Source: an uncultured Gemmatimonadales bacterium
GTDB lineage: Bacteria > Gemmatimonadota > Gemmatimonadetes > Longimicrobiales > Longimicrobiaceae
Reading direction: 5' to 3'
Length of the DNA: 64,000 bases
NCBI GenBank assembly: GCA_963716255.1
Contig: OY970303.1
Span: forward strand, 2,688,001-2,752,000
Shown: positions 1 to 9,441 of the stretch, piece after piece
Layout: the number at the start of each line of letters is the position of its first letter
Numbering within the stretch: position 1 is the stretch's first letter
Program-made: the position numbers and the translations under genes
Notes under the pieces: generated by a model
What the model was told of the DNA's origin: nothing
What the model saw: the letters and a program-made list of their open reading frames with translations, nothing else
Databases searched by the model: none

Positions 1-63
1 AACGTGCACGCGTCGCCGTCGGAGATGGGCAACATCATCGCCTGCGGCCCCCTGAACGACTAG
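1..63 (+). CDS. 3' end of a CDS truncated by the window edge (possibly CHRD/SOD-like fold)
   Basis: Frame 1 reads NVHASPSEMGNIIACGPLND then TAG at 61-63. The NVH...ACG pattern resembles C-termini of CHRD/Cu-Zn-SOD-like proteins. Confidence 0.5.
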   Translation, partial: NVHASPSEMGNIIACGPLND

Positions 64-109
64 TTCGGCGAGAGCAGGTGAAACTGCAACGGCTAACGAC
101 TGCGGGTTC

Positions 110-237
110 GGGCGTGCCCCCGGCTGGCGCCGGGGTCGGGCTTCGGCTCCGTAAAGCAGCAAACAACGCTGCTTAACGGAGTCGAGCCCCCGCAAACTGC
201 GCGGGGTCTCGCCCCTCCGGGCCGAAATCCCTCACGC
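110..237 (+). repeat. Structured ~130-bp intergenic repeat, family A, copy 1
   Basis: GGGCGTG-CCCCGGCTGGCGCCGGGG-TCGGGCTTCGGCTCCGTA-[7-bp stem, AAACAAC loop]-AACGGAGTCGAGC...GGTCTCGCCCCTCCGGGCCGAAATCCCTCACGC. Eight further copies occur in the window. Confidence 0.95.
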
Positions 238-270
238 AAATTCTCGCCAGTACTCCAGATCCAGCAGTTG

Positions 271-355
271 CCCCCTCTCCCAGAATGGCGCTTCACGCTT
301 CGCGTGAACCGGATGAAGGGAGAGGGTGGCGGCTCTAAGGCCGCCGGGTGAGGGC
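271..355 (+). repeat. REP-like palindrome (CCCTCTCCC...GGGAGAGGG...GGGTGAGGGC, family C) with a family-D module in its loop
   Basis: Matches 5255-5310 and the reverse complement of 41016-41100. The segment 286-315 matches the module at 2114, 6688, 41059 and 53134. Confidence 0.8.
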
Positions 356-401
356 GGGGCCGGCCTGCTACGCGAGAGGGACGCTCCGGTTGGGCGTCCC
401 T

Positions 402-839
402 CTAGTCGTTGCGGCCGGGCTTGGCGTCCGGGGGCGGGTCGCGCTCGGCGATCCAGCGGAGCAGCGCCGCTTCCAGGGCGCGGGCGCCGGGCTGGCCGCG
501 CGCGGGGGCGAAGATCCCCGTGAGCTTTTCCACGGCCTGCTCCGGGTCGTCCGGGAGGAGGGCGCGCAGGTCGTCCTCCAGGCGCACCGGGCCGAAGCGG
601 GCGCGGGGCTCGGCCACGCGGCGGGCACGCTTTCGCGGCTCCGCGCGGACGCGCGCCTCGCGGAGCTCCGCGAGGTACGCCTCGCCCAGTTTGCGCAGCG
701 TGCGGTCCTGGGGGCGGGTGTCCGCGCGGATGAACTGCCGCAGCCCCTCCACCGACATGCGGAAGCGGCGCGCGGCCTTGCGGCTGGAGGTGCGCGTGGC
801 GACGTCGTCCGCCCAGGCGCGCAGCACGGCCACGGGCAC
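402..839 (-). CDS. Hypothetical protein, possible HTH-like DNA-binding N-terminus
   Basis: 145-aa ORF. The segment SSRKAARRFRMSVEGLRQFI..P..RTLRKL resembles an XRE-type HTH. The start is uncertain. Confidence 0.5.
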   Translation of the reverse strand: MPVAVLRAWADDVATRTSSRKAARRFRMSVEGLRQFIRADTRPQDRTLRKLGEAYLAELREARVRAEPRKRARRVAEPRARFGPVRLEDDLRALLPDDPEQAVEKLTGIFAPARGQPGARALEAALLRWIAERDPPPDAKPGRND

Positions 840-1452
840 GTCCCGCCAGGAGTCCGGGCCGTACGGGCCAGGCGGCTCTCCGCCCTGGCAATTTCGTCCA
901 TTATCGAGGCTGGCGCACCGGAGACCCTACGCTCCGGCCGCGCCGCGCGCAAGGGTTGACGCCTACGGACCAAGCCGGCGGCGCCGCGCGGCGTCCACGA
1001 CGTCCACGAACACCACCCTGAAGACGGCACGAATCAGGGAAGTAAAGACTCCTCCGGATTCCCTACCTTACGTGCCCGTTTCCTGGGCGTCGTCAAAAGG
1101 ATGCGCCGGGCGCGGAGATTGGGAGCGGCTGCAGCCTGCCCGTTAGCGTAAGCGCAGCAGCGAGCCTCCGCTACGCCCGGACCCCGTCCACGGAGGTCCA
1201 CATTTATTTCGGCTTTTGTTCGGCTTGCCCTATTGCGCTTGGGCGGATCGCGACACATATTGTGAAACCCCGAGGAAACGATCGATGCCCGAGCCGTGCC
1301 CCCGCAGTCCGGACTGGCGCGTAGCTCGGCGTCTCCCTGACGCGACGAGCGTCCTCGTGGTGCCCCGCCGGCTGGTGTGCGGAACCGTGGCCGGTCGATC
1401 CGGCCCCCGCACGGCGGGTGCGCAGGAACCTCTACCTCTCAAGGACACCCCC

Positions 1453-2106
1453 ATGAGTCCTCCCCTGAGCAGGCGCCGGCGGCCGCGCGCGACCAAGCAC
1501 GCGAGCGACTTCCGGCCTCCGGACGCGCTGGACGTGGAGATCCTGGACACGCAGATGGAGATGTCGAACGCGCTGACGTACTGCGTGGAGATGCGGGAGT
1601 ACCAGTTCCAGACCGTGTCGCACTGCGCGCGCGTGGCGATGACGGCGCGGTGGCTGGCGCAGCAGGCGGGGGTGCGGGGGGACCAGCTCGCCGACGTGGA
1701 GTACGCCGCCCGGATGCACGAGGTCGGGATGGTGGCGATCCCGGCGAAGCTGGTGAAGAAGAAGGGCCCGCTCACCCCCGAGGAGCTGGGCCGCATCCGC
1801 TCGCAGGCGCGGATCGGGGCGGAGATCGCGCGCACCATGCAGCGCCCGCTCGCGGCGCTGATGATCGAGCACCAGTACACCGACTACGCAACGCTGGAGC
1901 GCAAGTTCTCCCCGGACAGCCTGGAGTTCCTGCTCATCGGCATCCTGCGCGTGGCCGACGTGTTCGACGCCATGATGCGCCCCCGGCCCTACCAGAGCCC
2001 CCTCCCCGAGAACCGCCGCCTGGAGATCCTCCGCGACGGCGCCGGCACCAAGTTCCACCCGGAAGCGGTGGAAGCGCTGCTGCACGTGCGGGGAAACCTG
2101 AACTGA
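1453..2106 (+). CDS. HD-GYP/HD-domain phosphohydrolase-like protein with degenerate motifs
   Basis: HCARVA, AARMHEVG (HE in place of HD), KKGPLTPEE, RVADVFDAM..PRPY and GTKFHPEAV. ATG 1453 follows AAGGA. Confidence 0.85.
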   Translation: MSPPLSRRRRPRATKHASDFRPPDALDVEILDTQMEMSNALTYCVEMREYQFQTVSHCARVAMTARWLAQQAGVRGDQLADVEYAARMHEVGMVAIPAKLVKKKGPLTPEELGRIRSQARIGAEIARTMQRPLAALMIEHQYTDYATLERKFSPDSLEFLLIGILRVADVFDAMMRPRPYQSPLPENRRLEILRDGAGTKFHPEAVEALLHVRGNLN

Positions 2107-2113
2107 CAGGGCT

Positions 2114-2176
2114 CATCGGTTCACGCGAAGCGTGAAGCGCCACAGGGAACAGCCTGCAACGACAAAACGGCGCCCC
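2114..2176 (+). repeat. Family-D repeat (CACGC-GAA-GCGTG minihairpin plus CAGGGAACAGCCTGCAACGAC tail)
   Basis: Near-identical to 6688-6746. Confidence 0.8.
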
Positions 2177-2211
2177 TACCTCGGAACTGAGGTGGGGGCG
2201 CCGTTTTGTCG
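2159..2211. terminator. Long inverted repeat, probable bidirectional terminator between convergent genes
   Basis: ACGACAAAACGGCGCCCC...GGGGCGCCGTTTTGTCGT arms, with an A-tract on one side and a T-tract on the other. Confidence 0.6.
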
Positions 2212-2249
2212 TTCGCAGTTCCGTCGTACCCACATCCATCTGTGCGGAG

Positions 2250-2365
2250 GGAGACAGCCGGGTAGTTTCGGCTGGCTCACTCCGGCGCAGGGAGACTCGC
2301 CGGCCGTTTGGCGAGGCTCCCGGAGCCCGCGGAGGAGACCGGCGGGGCAGTTTCCGCCGGGCTCC
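2250..2365 (-). repeat. Family-B cluster of three REP-like hairpins
   Basis: On the minus strand there are three (G)GAG-C-stem-AAACNRCC-stem-T-CTCC hairpins. Related clusters lie at 9326-9441 and 53782-53894. Confidence 0.85.
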
Positions 2366-2402
2366 GCAGCGGCCCCACCTGCACGCCTACACGCTCAGAA
2401 CT

Positions 2403-3287
2403 TCAGGGCGTCTGCTTGGTCGCCTCCCGCTCACGCGCACGCTCGCGCTCACGGGCCGCGCGCGCCCGGGCGGGACCGTCGTCCACGGCGGCATCCAGCC
2501 CCATGCCCGGGTACTCGGTGCCGCGCATGCGCACCTTGGCCACCGCGGCCAGGCTGCGCCGGGTGCGGGCGAGCGTCTCCACGAAGGTGGTGGTGTAGGC
2601 GTACACCACCTCGCCGCCGTAGTACGCCTCGATCATGTACAGCTCGTGCGGCTGGTAGCTGCGGAGCTGCTCCAGCCCGGCCGGGGCGTACTCCTCGTCG
2701 ATGTAGACGGCGACCCGCGTGAGGCGGCCGCGGATCATGGCGCACCCCAGGTCGGTGTTGCGGCTGCTGCACGGGAGGAGGCGCATGCCGGTGCGGATGG
2801 GGAGCACCTCCAGCGCGTTGGGCGCGGCGCTGGCCAGGATGTCCGTCCGCTCCACCGCGTACACGCTGGTCCCCGCGGAGCGGCGGCGGGTCTCGAAGCG
2901 GTCCGCCACCACGGTGATCCCCTCCAGCACCTCCGGGCGGGGGAGGAGCCCGGCGGTGTAGGCGGCGCCGTCCTCGTTGGCGTCCACCTCCTGGTCCCAG
3001 GAGGCGTAGCCGATGCGGCTGACGATCCAGCGCTGCGTGCCGGAGGGGATCTCGCGCAGCACGAAGCGCCCCTGGTCGTCGGTGCCCACCATGCGGCCCA
3101 GCGCGGGGAGCGAGACGACGGCGTCGCGAAGCGGCGCCCCGGTGGACACGTCGCGGACCTCGCCGCGCACGGTGATCCGGGACGGCTGCGCGCTTCGTGT
3201 GTCCTGCGCGTCCTGCGCGGCCACGGGAGCGGCGAGCGCCAGCGCCAGGAGGGCGGGCAGGAGCGGCAGACTACGTTGGACAGGCAT
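2403..3287 (-). CDS. Secreted carboxypeptidase-regulatory-like domain protein with plug-like C-terminal part
   Basis: Signal peptide MPVQRSLPLLPALLALALAAPVAAQ, then VRGEVRDVSTGAPLRDAVV, TDDQGRF and RIGY. Confidence 0.8.
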   Translation of the reverse strand: MPVQRSLPLLPALLALALAAPVAAQDAQDTRSAQPSRITVRGEVRDVSTGAPLRDAVVSLPALGRMVGTDDQGRFVLREIPSGTQRWIVSRIGYASWDQEVDANEDGAAYTAGLLPRPEVLEGITVVADRFETRRRSAGTSVYAVERTDILASAAPNALEVLPIRTGMRLLPCSSRNTDLGCAMIRGRLTRVAVYIDEEYAPAGLEQLRSYQPHELYMIEAYYGGEVVYAYTTTFVETLARTRRSLAAVAKVRMRGTEYPGMGLDAAVDDGPARARAARERERAREREATKQTP

Positions 3288-3557
3288 GGCTCGCCTCCGG
3301 GAGCGGGAGGGAAGGACGGAGCAGGGGCGGGGAGCTGCCCGAGCAGAACAACCTTCCGCAAGGTACGTGCACGGACGGCCGGAGGACAAGAAACTCGGTC
3401 GCGCCCGCGCGGACGACCCGCCGTGGGTGCCACCCACCGCCGCGCCTGGCCTGCGCATGCGGTGGACGTCGCCAGGGTGCACGGGGTCGCGCAGCGTGGG
3501 TGCGCGGGTTAGAATCTGGGCGACGCGAACCCTCTGCCCACCGCGAAGCGAGCGAGC

Positions 3558-4397
3558 ATGGACGGCACCTCCGCAGGCGGCGCGCAGCGCCCGATCCTCG
3601 CCCACACGCGCGTCGCCGCGGCGGGGCGCACGCCCGAGCGCTGGCTCCTGGTGCTGCACGGCATCTACGGGAGCGGGCGCAACTGGGGCACCGTGGCGCG
3701 GCGGGTGGTGGACGCCCGTCCGGAGTGGGGCGCGCTGCTGGTGGACCTGCGGCTGCACGGCCAGTCCCGCGGCTTCACCGGGCCGCACACCCTGGCGGCG
3801 AGCGCGGCGGACGTGGACGCGCTGGTGGAGAGCCTGGACTTCCACGCGGCGGCGGTGCTGGGGCACTCGTTCGGCGGCAAGGTGGCGCTGATGTACGCCG
3901 AGCACCACGGCGAGGGGCTGCGCCAGGCGTGGATCATGGACTCCACCCTGGCTGTCCGCGAGCCGTCCGGGAGCGCGTGGCGGATGATCGAGACGGTGCG
4001 GTCGCTCCCGCCGGAGTTCGCGTCCCGCGCGGAGGCCGTGGCGGGAATCGAGCGCGCCGGGTACCCGACGGGGCTTGCGCAGTGGTTCGCCATGAACCTG
4101 GAGCCGCAGGACGGGGTGTACCGGTGGCGGCTGGACGTCGACGGGGTGGAGGAGATGCTGCGCGACTTCTTCCGCACCGACCTGTGGCACGTGGTGGAGG
4201 ACCCGCCCGCCGCGGCCGAGATCCACATCGTCAAGGCGACCGAATCGGACTCGCTGGACGAGGAGGCGATGGCCCGCGTGGAGGCCGCGGGGCGGGCGAG
4301 CGGGCGCGTCTTCCTGCACCGCCTGGTGGGCGGCCACTGGATCAACACCGACAACCCGGACGACGTCGTCCAGCTCCTGGTGGACAACCTCGCGTAG
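3558..4397 (+). CDS. Alpha/beta hydrolase (YbfF-like esterase)
   Basis: LHGIYGSGRNW, DLRLHGQS, nucleophile elbow GHSFGGKVA and C-terminal GHWINTDNP. Confidence 0.9.
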   Translation: MDGTSAGGAQRPILAHTRVAAAGRTPERWLLVLHGIYGSGRNWGTVARRVVDARPEWGALLVDLRLHGQSRGFTGPHTLAASAADVDALVESLDFHAAAVLGHSFGGKVALMYAEHHGEGLRQAWIMDSTLAVREPSGSAWRMIETVRSLPPEFASRAEAVAGIERAGYPTGLAQWFAMNLEPQDGVYRWRLDVDGVEEMLRDFFRTDLWHVVEDPPAAAEIHIVKATESDSLDEEAMARVEAAGRASGRVFLHRLVGGHWINTDNPDDVVQLLVDNLA

Positions 4398-4485
4398 CGG
4401 GAGCAGCGCGGGCCGCGAACGGGAATTGCGATCCGTGCGCGGATTCGCAGTCCGCCGCGCCAACCACCGACCCGGAGCCGACCCC

Positions 4486-5091
4486 ATGCGCCGTCCCCCG
4501 CTCGCAGCAGCCGCGCTGCTCCTCGCCGCACTCGCCGCGTGCATGCCCTCCGACGAGGGCGCGCCGGAAGCGGCCCCAGGCAGCACCACGCCCGCTCCCG
4601 ACCCGCAGGAGGCGCCGCACCCCGCCGCGGGCGCCCCGGAGGCCGGCGGAGACGGGTGGACGGTCGGCCTGCGCGGCGCCGGCCCCGCGCAGGTGGGGAC
4701 GCCGCTCGCCGCCGCGGCGGCCGCCCTCGGGGCCACGCCGGACACCGCGACGGAACGCGGCGGATGCGGCTACCTGCGCTCCGCCGCGCGCCCCGGCGTG
4801 AGGGTGATGGTCAACGAGGGGCAGGTCGCGCGGGTGGACGTGGACAGCGCCGGGATCCAGACCGCGGAGGGCGCCGCCGTGGGCGACGCGGAGGCGCGCG
4901 TGCGCGAGCTGTACGCCGGCCGCGTCACGGAGTCGCCGCACAAGTACACCGACGGCCGCTACCTCACCGTCACCCCGCAGGCGCCCGCGGACAGCGCGTT
5001 CCGCCTGGTGTTCGAGACCGACGGCGCAAAGGTGACCCGGTACCGTGCCGGGCGGCTTCCCGAGATCGAGTGGGTGGAGGGGTGTTCGTGA
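4486..5091 (+). CDS. Hypothetical lipoprotein
   Basis: Signal MRRPPLAAAALLLAALAAC ends in a lipobox. The C-terminus is VEGCS. Confidence 0.75.
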   Translation: MRRPPLAAAALLLAALAACMPSDEGAPEAAPGSTTPAPDPQEAPHPAAGAPEAGGDGWTVGLRGAGPAQVGTPLAAAAAALGATPDTATERGGCGYLRSAARPGVRVMVNEGQVARVDVDSAGIQTAEGAAVGDAEARVRELYAGRVTESPHKYTDGRYLTVTPQAPADSAFRLVFETDGAKVTRYRAGRLPEIEWVEGCS

Positions 5092-5102
5092 ACGTTGGAT
5101 CT

Positions 5103-5231
5103 GGGCGTGCCCCCGGCTGGCGCCGGGGTCGGGCTTCGGCTCCGTAGAGCAGCAAACAACGCTGCTCAACGGAGTCGAGCCCCGGCAAACAGCCGCCGGG
5201 TCTCGCCCCTTCGGGCCGAAATCCCTCACGC
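5103..5231 (+). repeat. Family-A structured repeat, copy 2
   Basis: Same scaffold as copy 1. The variable stem is GAGCAGC/GCTGCTC. Confidence 0.95.
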
Positions 5232-5254
5232 GACGGCGGGGCACCTCCCCCCGG

Positions 5255-5310
5255 CCCCCTCTCCCAGAATTGGGAGAGGGTGGCGAGCCTCAAGCGAGCC
5301 GGGTGAGGGC
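5255..5310 (+). repeat. Family-C REP-like palindrome (without the family-D insert)
   Basis: CCCTCTCCCAGAATTGGGAGAGGG-TGGCGAGCCTCAAGCGAGCCGGGTGAGGGC. Confidence 0.8.
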
Positions 5311-5318
5311 CTTCCGTT

Positions 5319-6656
5319 CTACCCTACCAGCACCAGCACGAGGTCGTTGACGTTGGTGCCGGTGGGGCCGGTGACCACCAGGTCGCCGCTGGCGCGGAGG
5401 AAGGTGTGCGCGTCGTTGCGCTCCAGGGCGTCGCGCGCCTCCAGGCCGGCCGCCCGTCCGCGTGCGACCGTCCCTCCGTCCACCATGCCGCCCGCCGCGT
5501 CGGTGGGGCCGTCGCGGCCGTCGGTGCCCACGGCGGCGACCAGCAGGCCGGGCTCGCCCTCGATCTCCAGCGCGGCCGCCAGGGCGAGCTCCTGGCTCCG
5601 CCCTCCCCGCCCGCGGCCCCGCACCGTGACGGTGGTCTCGCCGCCCAGCAGGAAGGCCGCCGGCGCGCGGGCCGAGTCGCCCTCGGCGTGGGCGCCCCAG
5701 GCGAGCGCAGCCACCTCCGTGGCCACCTCGCGGGCCTCGCCCTCCATGTCGTCGAGCACCACGACCGTGCGGTAGCCCAGGCGCTCGGCCTCCTCGGCGG
5801 CGGCGGCGAGCGCGTCGCGGTTGCTCGCGACCACGCGGTACGAGGCGCGCGCGAAGGCCGGATCCCGCGGCTTCGGCGTTTCCGGCGCCTCCCCCAGGTG
5901 TCCGCGCTGGAGGTGGGCCCGCACCGCGGGCGGCACGTCCACCTCGCGGCGGCGCAGCACCTCCAGCGCGTCGCCGAAGGTGGTGGGATCCGGCACCGTG
6001 GGCCCCGAGCCGATGGCGTCGGGCGCGGAGCCCACCACGTCCGACACGGCGAGGGTGACCACGCGCGCCGGGGCCGCGGCGCGCGCCAGCCACCCCCCGG
6101 CGATGCGCGACAGGTGCCTGCGCACCGCGTTGATCTCCGCGATGGGCGCCCCGGCGCGCAGCAGCCGCTCCGTGGTCGCGCGCAGCTCCGAGAGCGACAC
6201 CCCCGCGGGCGGCGCCGGCCACAGCGCCGACGCCCCGCCCGAGAGCAGGCACAGGACCAGGTCGTCCTCGCCGGCGGCGCGCGCGGTCTCCAGCGCGGCC
6301 GTGGCGCCGGCCAGCCCGTGCGTGTCCGGCACCGGGTGCGACGCCATCCACACCTCCAGCCCCGGGAGCCGCGGAACCGGCCCGCCCGCGGGGACCGTGA
6401 CCGTCCCGCCCGCGACCCGGTCCCCCAGCACCTCCAGCGCCCCCCGCGCCATCCCCGCCGCCGCCTTCCCCGCCCCCACGATCCACACCCGCCCCACGCC
6501 GCCCAGCTCCGCCGTCTCCCCGCCGGCGACGCGCAGCAGCTCCCCCTCGCGCGACAGCGCGCGCAGCACCGCCGCGCGCGGCTCCGCCGCCGCGATCCCC
6601 GCGTCCAGGATGCGCCGCGCGTCCGCGCGCAGCCGGGCGTCGTCGAGGGCGGTCAA
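5319..6656 (-). CDS. Glycerate kinase type II (MOFRL family; TtuD/GckA-like)
   Basis: GAGKAA, ASHPVPD, LLSGGASAL, SDVVG..IGSGPT, GGETTV, GRGGRSQEL, GTDGRDGPTDAAG and TGPTGTNVND. Start taken as TTG 6656. Confidence 0.92.
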   Translation of the reverse strand: MTALDDARLRADARRILDAGIAAAEPRAAVLRALSREGELLRVAGGETAELGGVGRVWIVGAGKAAAGMARGALEVLGDRVAGGTVTVPAGGPVPRLPGLEVWMASHPVPDTHGLAGATAALETARAAGEDDLVLCLLSGGASALWPAPPAGVSLSELRATTERLLRAGAPIAEINAVRRHLSRIAGGWLARAAAPARVVTLAVSDVVGSAPDAIGSGPTVPDPTTFGDALEVLRRREVDVPPAVRAHLQRGHLGEAPETPKPRDPAFARASYRVVASNRDALAAAAEEAERLGYRTVVVLDDMEGEAREVATEVAALAWGAHAEGDSARAPAAFLLGGETTVTVRGRGRGGRSQELALAAALEIEGEPGLLVAAVGTDGRDGPTDAAGGMVDGGTVARGRAAGLEARDALERNDAHTFLRASGDLVVTGPTGTNVNDLVLVLVG

Positions 6657-6687
6657 CGAACGGATAGGGAACAGGGAATAGGGTTGT

Positions 6688-6746
6688 ATCGGTGCACGCG
6701 CAGCGTGCAGCGGCACAGGGAACAGCCTGCAACGACAACGGCGCCC
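6688..6746 (+). repeat. Family-D repeat (CACGC-GCA-GCGTG minihairpin plus tail)
   Basis: Near-identical to 2114-2176. Confidence 0.8.
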
Positions 6747-6806
6747 CCCGACGACGGCGGGGGACAGAAAGCCCGGAGCCGCACCCGCGGACGCCAGCGA
6801 GGGCCC

Positions 6807-6937
6807 GCGTGAGGGATTTCGGCCCGGAGGGGCGAGACCCGGCGGGGCTGTTTCCGCCGGGTCTCGACTCCGTTACGCACGGTCGTTTCGTGCGTTACGG
6901 AGCCGAAGCCCGACCCGGCGCCAGCCGGGGCACGCCC
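6807..6937 (-). repeat. Family-A structured repeat, copy 3
   Basis: Reverse complement of the scaffold. The stem is ACGCACG/CGTGCGT with loop AAACGAC. Confidence 0.95.
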
Positions 6938-7029
6938 GAACCCGCAGTAAAATGCTGTCAAAGTCGTCACCTCCGGAGCGCCCGGTTCTTGCGTACGAAA
7001 CCGCCCTGGACACCAGCGGAGGACGAGCC

Positions 7030-7410
7030 ATGCAAAAGGCGCACACGAGGATCACCCTGCTGCTGGCGGGAGCGCTGCTGGCGGGGTGCGAGGGAAACAA
7101 CCTCTTCCCCACGGACCCCATAGGATCGGGGGGCGGCGGGCCGGGGAGCGTCGGCGGGCAGGTGACGGCCGGCGGCGCGGGGGTCGCCGGGGCGGTGGTC
7201 TCGGTGACGGGCGGCGCGGCGGACAGCACGGACGCGGCGGGGCGGTACAGCATCGAAGGGCTGGGCCAGGGCGCCTACCGGGTGTTCCTGCAGGTGCCGG
7301 TGGGATTCGCCCTGGCGGCGGGGGACAGCGCGGCGCGCACCGTGGCCGTGGCGCAGGGGCAGGACGTGACCGTGAACTGGCAGCTTCTGGCGTCCGCCGG
7401 CGGCACCTGA
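7030..7410 (+). CDS. Lipoprotein with carboxypeptidase-regulatory-like beta-sandwich domain
   Basis: Lipobox LLAGC, then GSVGGQVT...GAVVSV...TDAAGRYSIEGL..GAYRV. Confidence 0.75.
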   Translation: MQKAHTRITLLLAGALLAGCEGNNLFPTDPIGSGGGGPGSVGGQVTAGGAGVAGAVVSVTGGAADSTDAAGRYSIEGLGQGAYRVFLQVPVGFALAAGDSAARTVAVAQGQDVTVNWQLLASAGGT

Positions 7411-7433
7411 CGCGCCGCGCCGGGGCCCGGCGG

Positions 7434-8375
7434 TCACCCCGGCCCGCCCACGGGGGTGGGCGGCGCGGCGCCGGTGAGCACCGCGTGGGCGTTGCGGGCG
7501 GCCAGCATCGCCATGCGCGTGCGCGTGTCCCGCGTGGCGGAACCCACGTGCGGGAGGAGGACGACGCCGGGCAGCTCCAGGAGCGCGGGATGCACCGCCG
7601 GCTCGCGCTCGTACACGTCCAGCCCGGCCCCCGCCAGCCGACCCTCCCGGAGCGCGTCCGCCAGCGCGGCCTCGTCCACCAGCGGACCCCGCGCGGTGTT
7701 GACCAGCACGCTCCCCGGCCGCATCCGCCCGAGCGCCGCGGCGTCCAGCAGGTGCCGGGTCTCCGGCGTGAGCGGCGCGTGCAGCGTCAGCACGTCGCTC
7801 GCGGCGAGCAGCCCGTCCCGGTCCGTCCACTCCGCCCCCAGCGCGCGCTCCTCCGCCTCCGGGAGACGCGTGCGCGACGTGTAGCGGATCCGCATGCCGA
7901 ACCCCACGGCCCGCCGCGCCACCGCCCGGCCGATCCGCCCCATTCCCACGATCCCCAGCGTGCGCCCGGACAGGTCGCCGCCCAGGTAGTCCCAGAAGCC
8001 CCAGCCGTGGAACTCCCCCGCGCGCAGCGAGCGCTCCGCCTGGGGGAGCCGCCGCACCGTGGCCAGGATCAGCGCCCAGGTGAGGTCGGCGGTGGCCTCG
8101 GTGAGCACGTCCGGCGTGTGGGTGACCACGATGCCGCGCGCGCGGCAGGCGGCCAGGTCCACGTGGTCGTGGCCCACCGTGGGGCAGGCGACCACGCGCA
8201 GCCGGGGGGCACGCTCCAGCAGGGCGGCGTCCACGCGCACGGTGAGGAGCGGGAGGAGCGCGGCGGCGTCGCCGAGCCACGCCTCCCAGCGCTCGGGGCC
8301 GCGCACCTCGCCGACGCCGCGCAGCAGCGCCAGCGCCTCGTCGGGGAGCGGGAGCGTGGTGACGACGGCGGCCAC
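7434..8375 (-). CDS. D-2-hydroxyacid dehydrogenase (glyoxylate/hydroxypyruvate reductase type)
   Basis: VGHDHVD, TPDVLTEATAD, GIVGMGRIG, VNTARGPLVDE, AGLDVYEREP and PHVGSAT. Confidence 0.92.
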   Translation of the reverse strand: MAAVVTTLPLPDEALALLRGVGEVRGPERWEAWLGDAAALLPLLTVRVDAALLERAPRLRVVACPTVGHDHVDLAACRARGIVVTHTPDVLTEATADLTWALILATVRRLPQAERSLRAGEFHGWGFWDYLGGDLSGRTLGIVGMGRIGRAVARRAVGFGMRIRYTSRTRLPEAEERALGAEWTDRDGLLAASDVLTLHAPLTPETRHLLDAAALGRMRPGSVLVNTARGPLVDEAALADALREGRLAGAGLDVYEREPAVHPALLELPGVVLLPHVGSATRDTRTRMAMLAARNAHAVLTGAAPPTPVGGPG

Positions 8376-8379
8376 GCGG

Positions 8380-8919
8380 CTACCCGAGCGGCTTCTGCCA
8401 GAGCGCCAGGTGCGCCATGTCCAGCCCCAGCGCCTGGTGCTCCGCGATGCTCATGCGCGCGAACCCCAGCGCGGGGAGCACCTTCCCCGCCCGCAGGTCG
8501 CGCGTGGACACGCCGGTGCGCAGGCGGCGGATCCCCCGCCCCGCCAGCCACGCCTCCAGCGCGCCCAGCGCCTCGCGCGCCACCCCCTGCCCGCGCCGCT
8601 CGGGCACCACCAGGAGCATTCCCAGCAGCGCCAGGTCGGGCTCCGGGTGGCCGGCCCACCACCCCAGCGCCGCCGCCGGCTCGCCGCTGTCGCGCAGCGA
8701 CGCCAGCGCCACGCCGCGCCCCGGCGTGGCGGCGCACCCGCGCAGTTCCTGCTCGGCCGCGTCGGGGGCCGGCTCGGGGCGGCCGGTGACGCCCAGGAAG
8801 TGGTCGCCCGCCGCCGCGAACACCGCCTGGAGCGCGGACGCGTCCTCCGGGGCCAGCGCGCGCAGGGTGAGGCGGGGGGTCGGGGGGAACGGGGGCGCGC
8901 CTTCCGGGTCGCGGGTCAC
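8380..8919 (-). CDS. GNAT family N-acetyltransferase
   Basis: TPRLTLRAL, and the acetyl-CoA motif LLVVPERRGQGVAREAL. GTG start at 8919. Confidence 0.8.
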   Translation of the reverse strand: MTRDPEGAPPFPPTPRLTLRALAPEDASALQAVFAAAGDHFLGVTGRPEPAPDAAEQELRGCAATPGRGVALASLRDSGEPAAALGWWAGHPEPDLALLGMLLVVPERRGQGVAREALGALEAWLAGRGIRRLRTGVSTRDLRAGKVLPALGFARMSIAEHQALGLDMAHLALWQKPLG

Positions 8920-9100
8920 GTAGCTCTTTCGTGGCAATGGTTTGCGCCCCTGCGGCTCGCGGGGCGGCTCGCAGGGAAGTTGCCGGGATGGCAGGCGCGG
9001 CGTCAAGTTCCAGGCGCGGCCCGGGCGGTCCTCCGGGCGCGCAGAGCGGCGGCGCCTTGCGGCGGAGCGGGGGAATCGGGACGGCCCTACACGGGGGGAG

Positions 9101-9292
9101 ATGAGCGTACAGCTGGAGTCGCGCCACTTCTTTTTGGCGCGGGACACGGTGCGGAGCGCCGCCGGGGTGATGGGCGAGGTGGTGGAGGCGATGGCGCTGT
9201 ACGCCGTGGTCCGCTGGGAGGACGGGCGCGAGGAGGAGGTGGACCAGCTCGACCCGTGGATCACCGTGGTCGAGCGGGCGAGCCGCGAGTAG
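9101..9292 (+). CDS. Small hypothetical protein (63 aa)
   Basis: MSVQLESRHFFLARDTVRS...VVRWEDGREEEV. Codon usage is host-like and a GGAG lies upstream. Confidence 0.6.
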   Translation: MSVQLESRHFFLARDTVRSAAGVMGEVVEAMALYAVVRWEDGREEEVDQLDPWITVVERASRE

Positions 9293-9325
9293 GTGCGTTC
9301 GTCGGGTCTGGGTTGGGGCCGCTCC

Positions 9326-9441
9326 GGAACCAGGCCAAACGGCCGGCCTGTTTCCTACGCGGGTCGCGGAGCCACCGGAAACTGCCCCGGTGTCTCCGCT
9401 CCGGCTGCGGGAGCCTCACGCAAACAGCCGCGTGAGTCTCC
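9326..9441 (+). repeat. Family-B cluster of three REP-like hairpins
   Basis: GGAA-C-CAGGCC-AAACGGCC-GGCCTG-T-TTCC; GGAG-C-CACCGG-AAACTGCC-CCGGTG-T-CTCC; GGAG-C-CTCACGC-AAACAGCC-GCGTGAG-T-CTCC. Confidence 0.9.

Noticed and set aside
110..237. Family-A element as a tRNA
   Set aside because: It is multi-stem but about 130 nt long, with no T-loop GTTCRA or D-loop consensus, no consistent anticodon arm and no CCA.
93..296. ORFs reading REGFRPEGARP / RDFGPKGRDP / LRSRSPTPAPAGG (also near 4970, 27830, 40073, 41033, 50046, 63147)
   Set aside because: These are translations of the family-A repeat in different frames, not genes.
5319..8375. Glycerate kinase near a hydroxypyruvate/glyoxylate reductase as a novel pathway
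   Set aside because: This is a well-known metabolic pairing.
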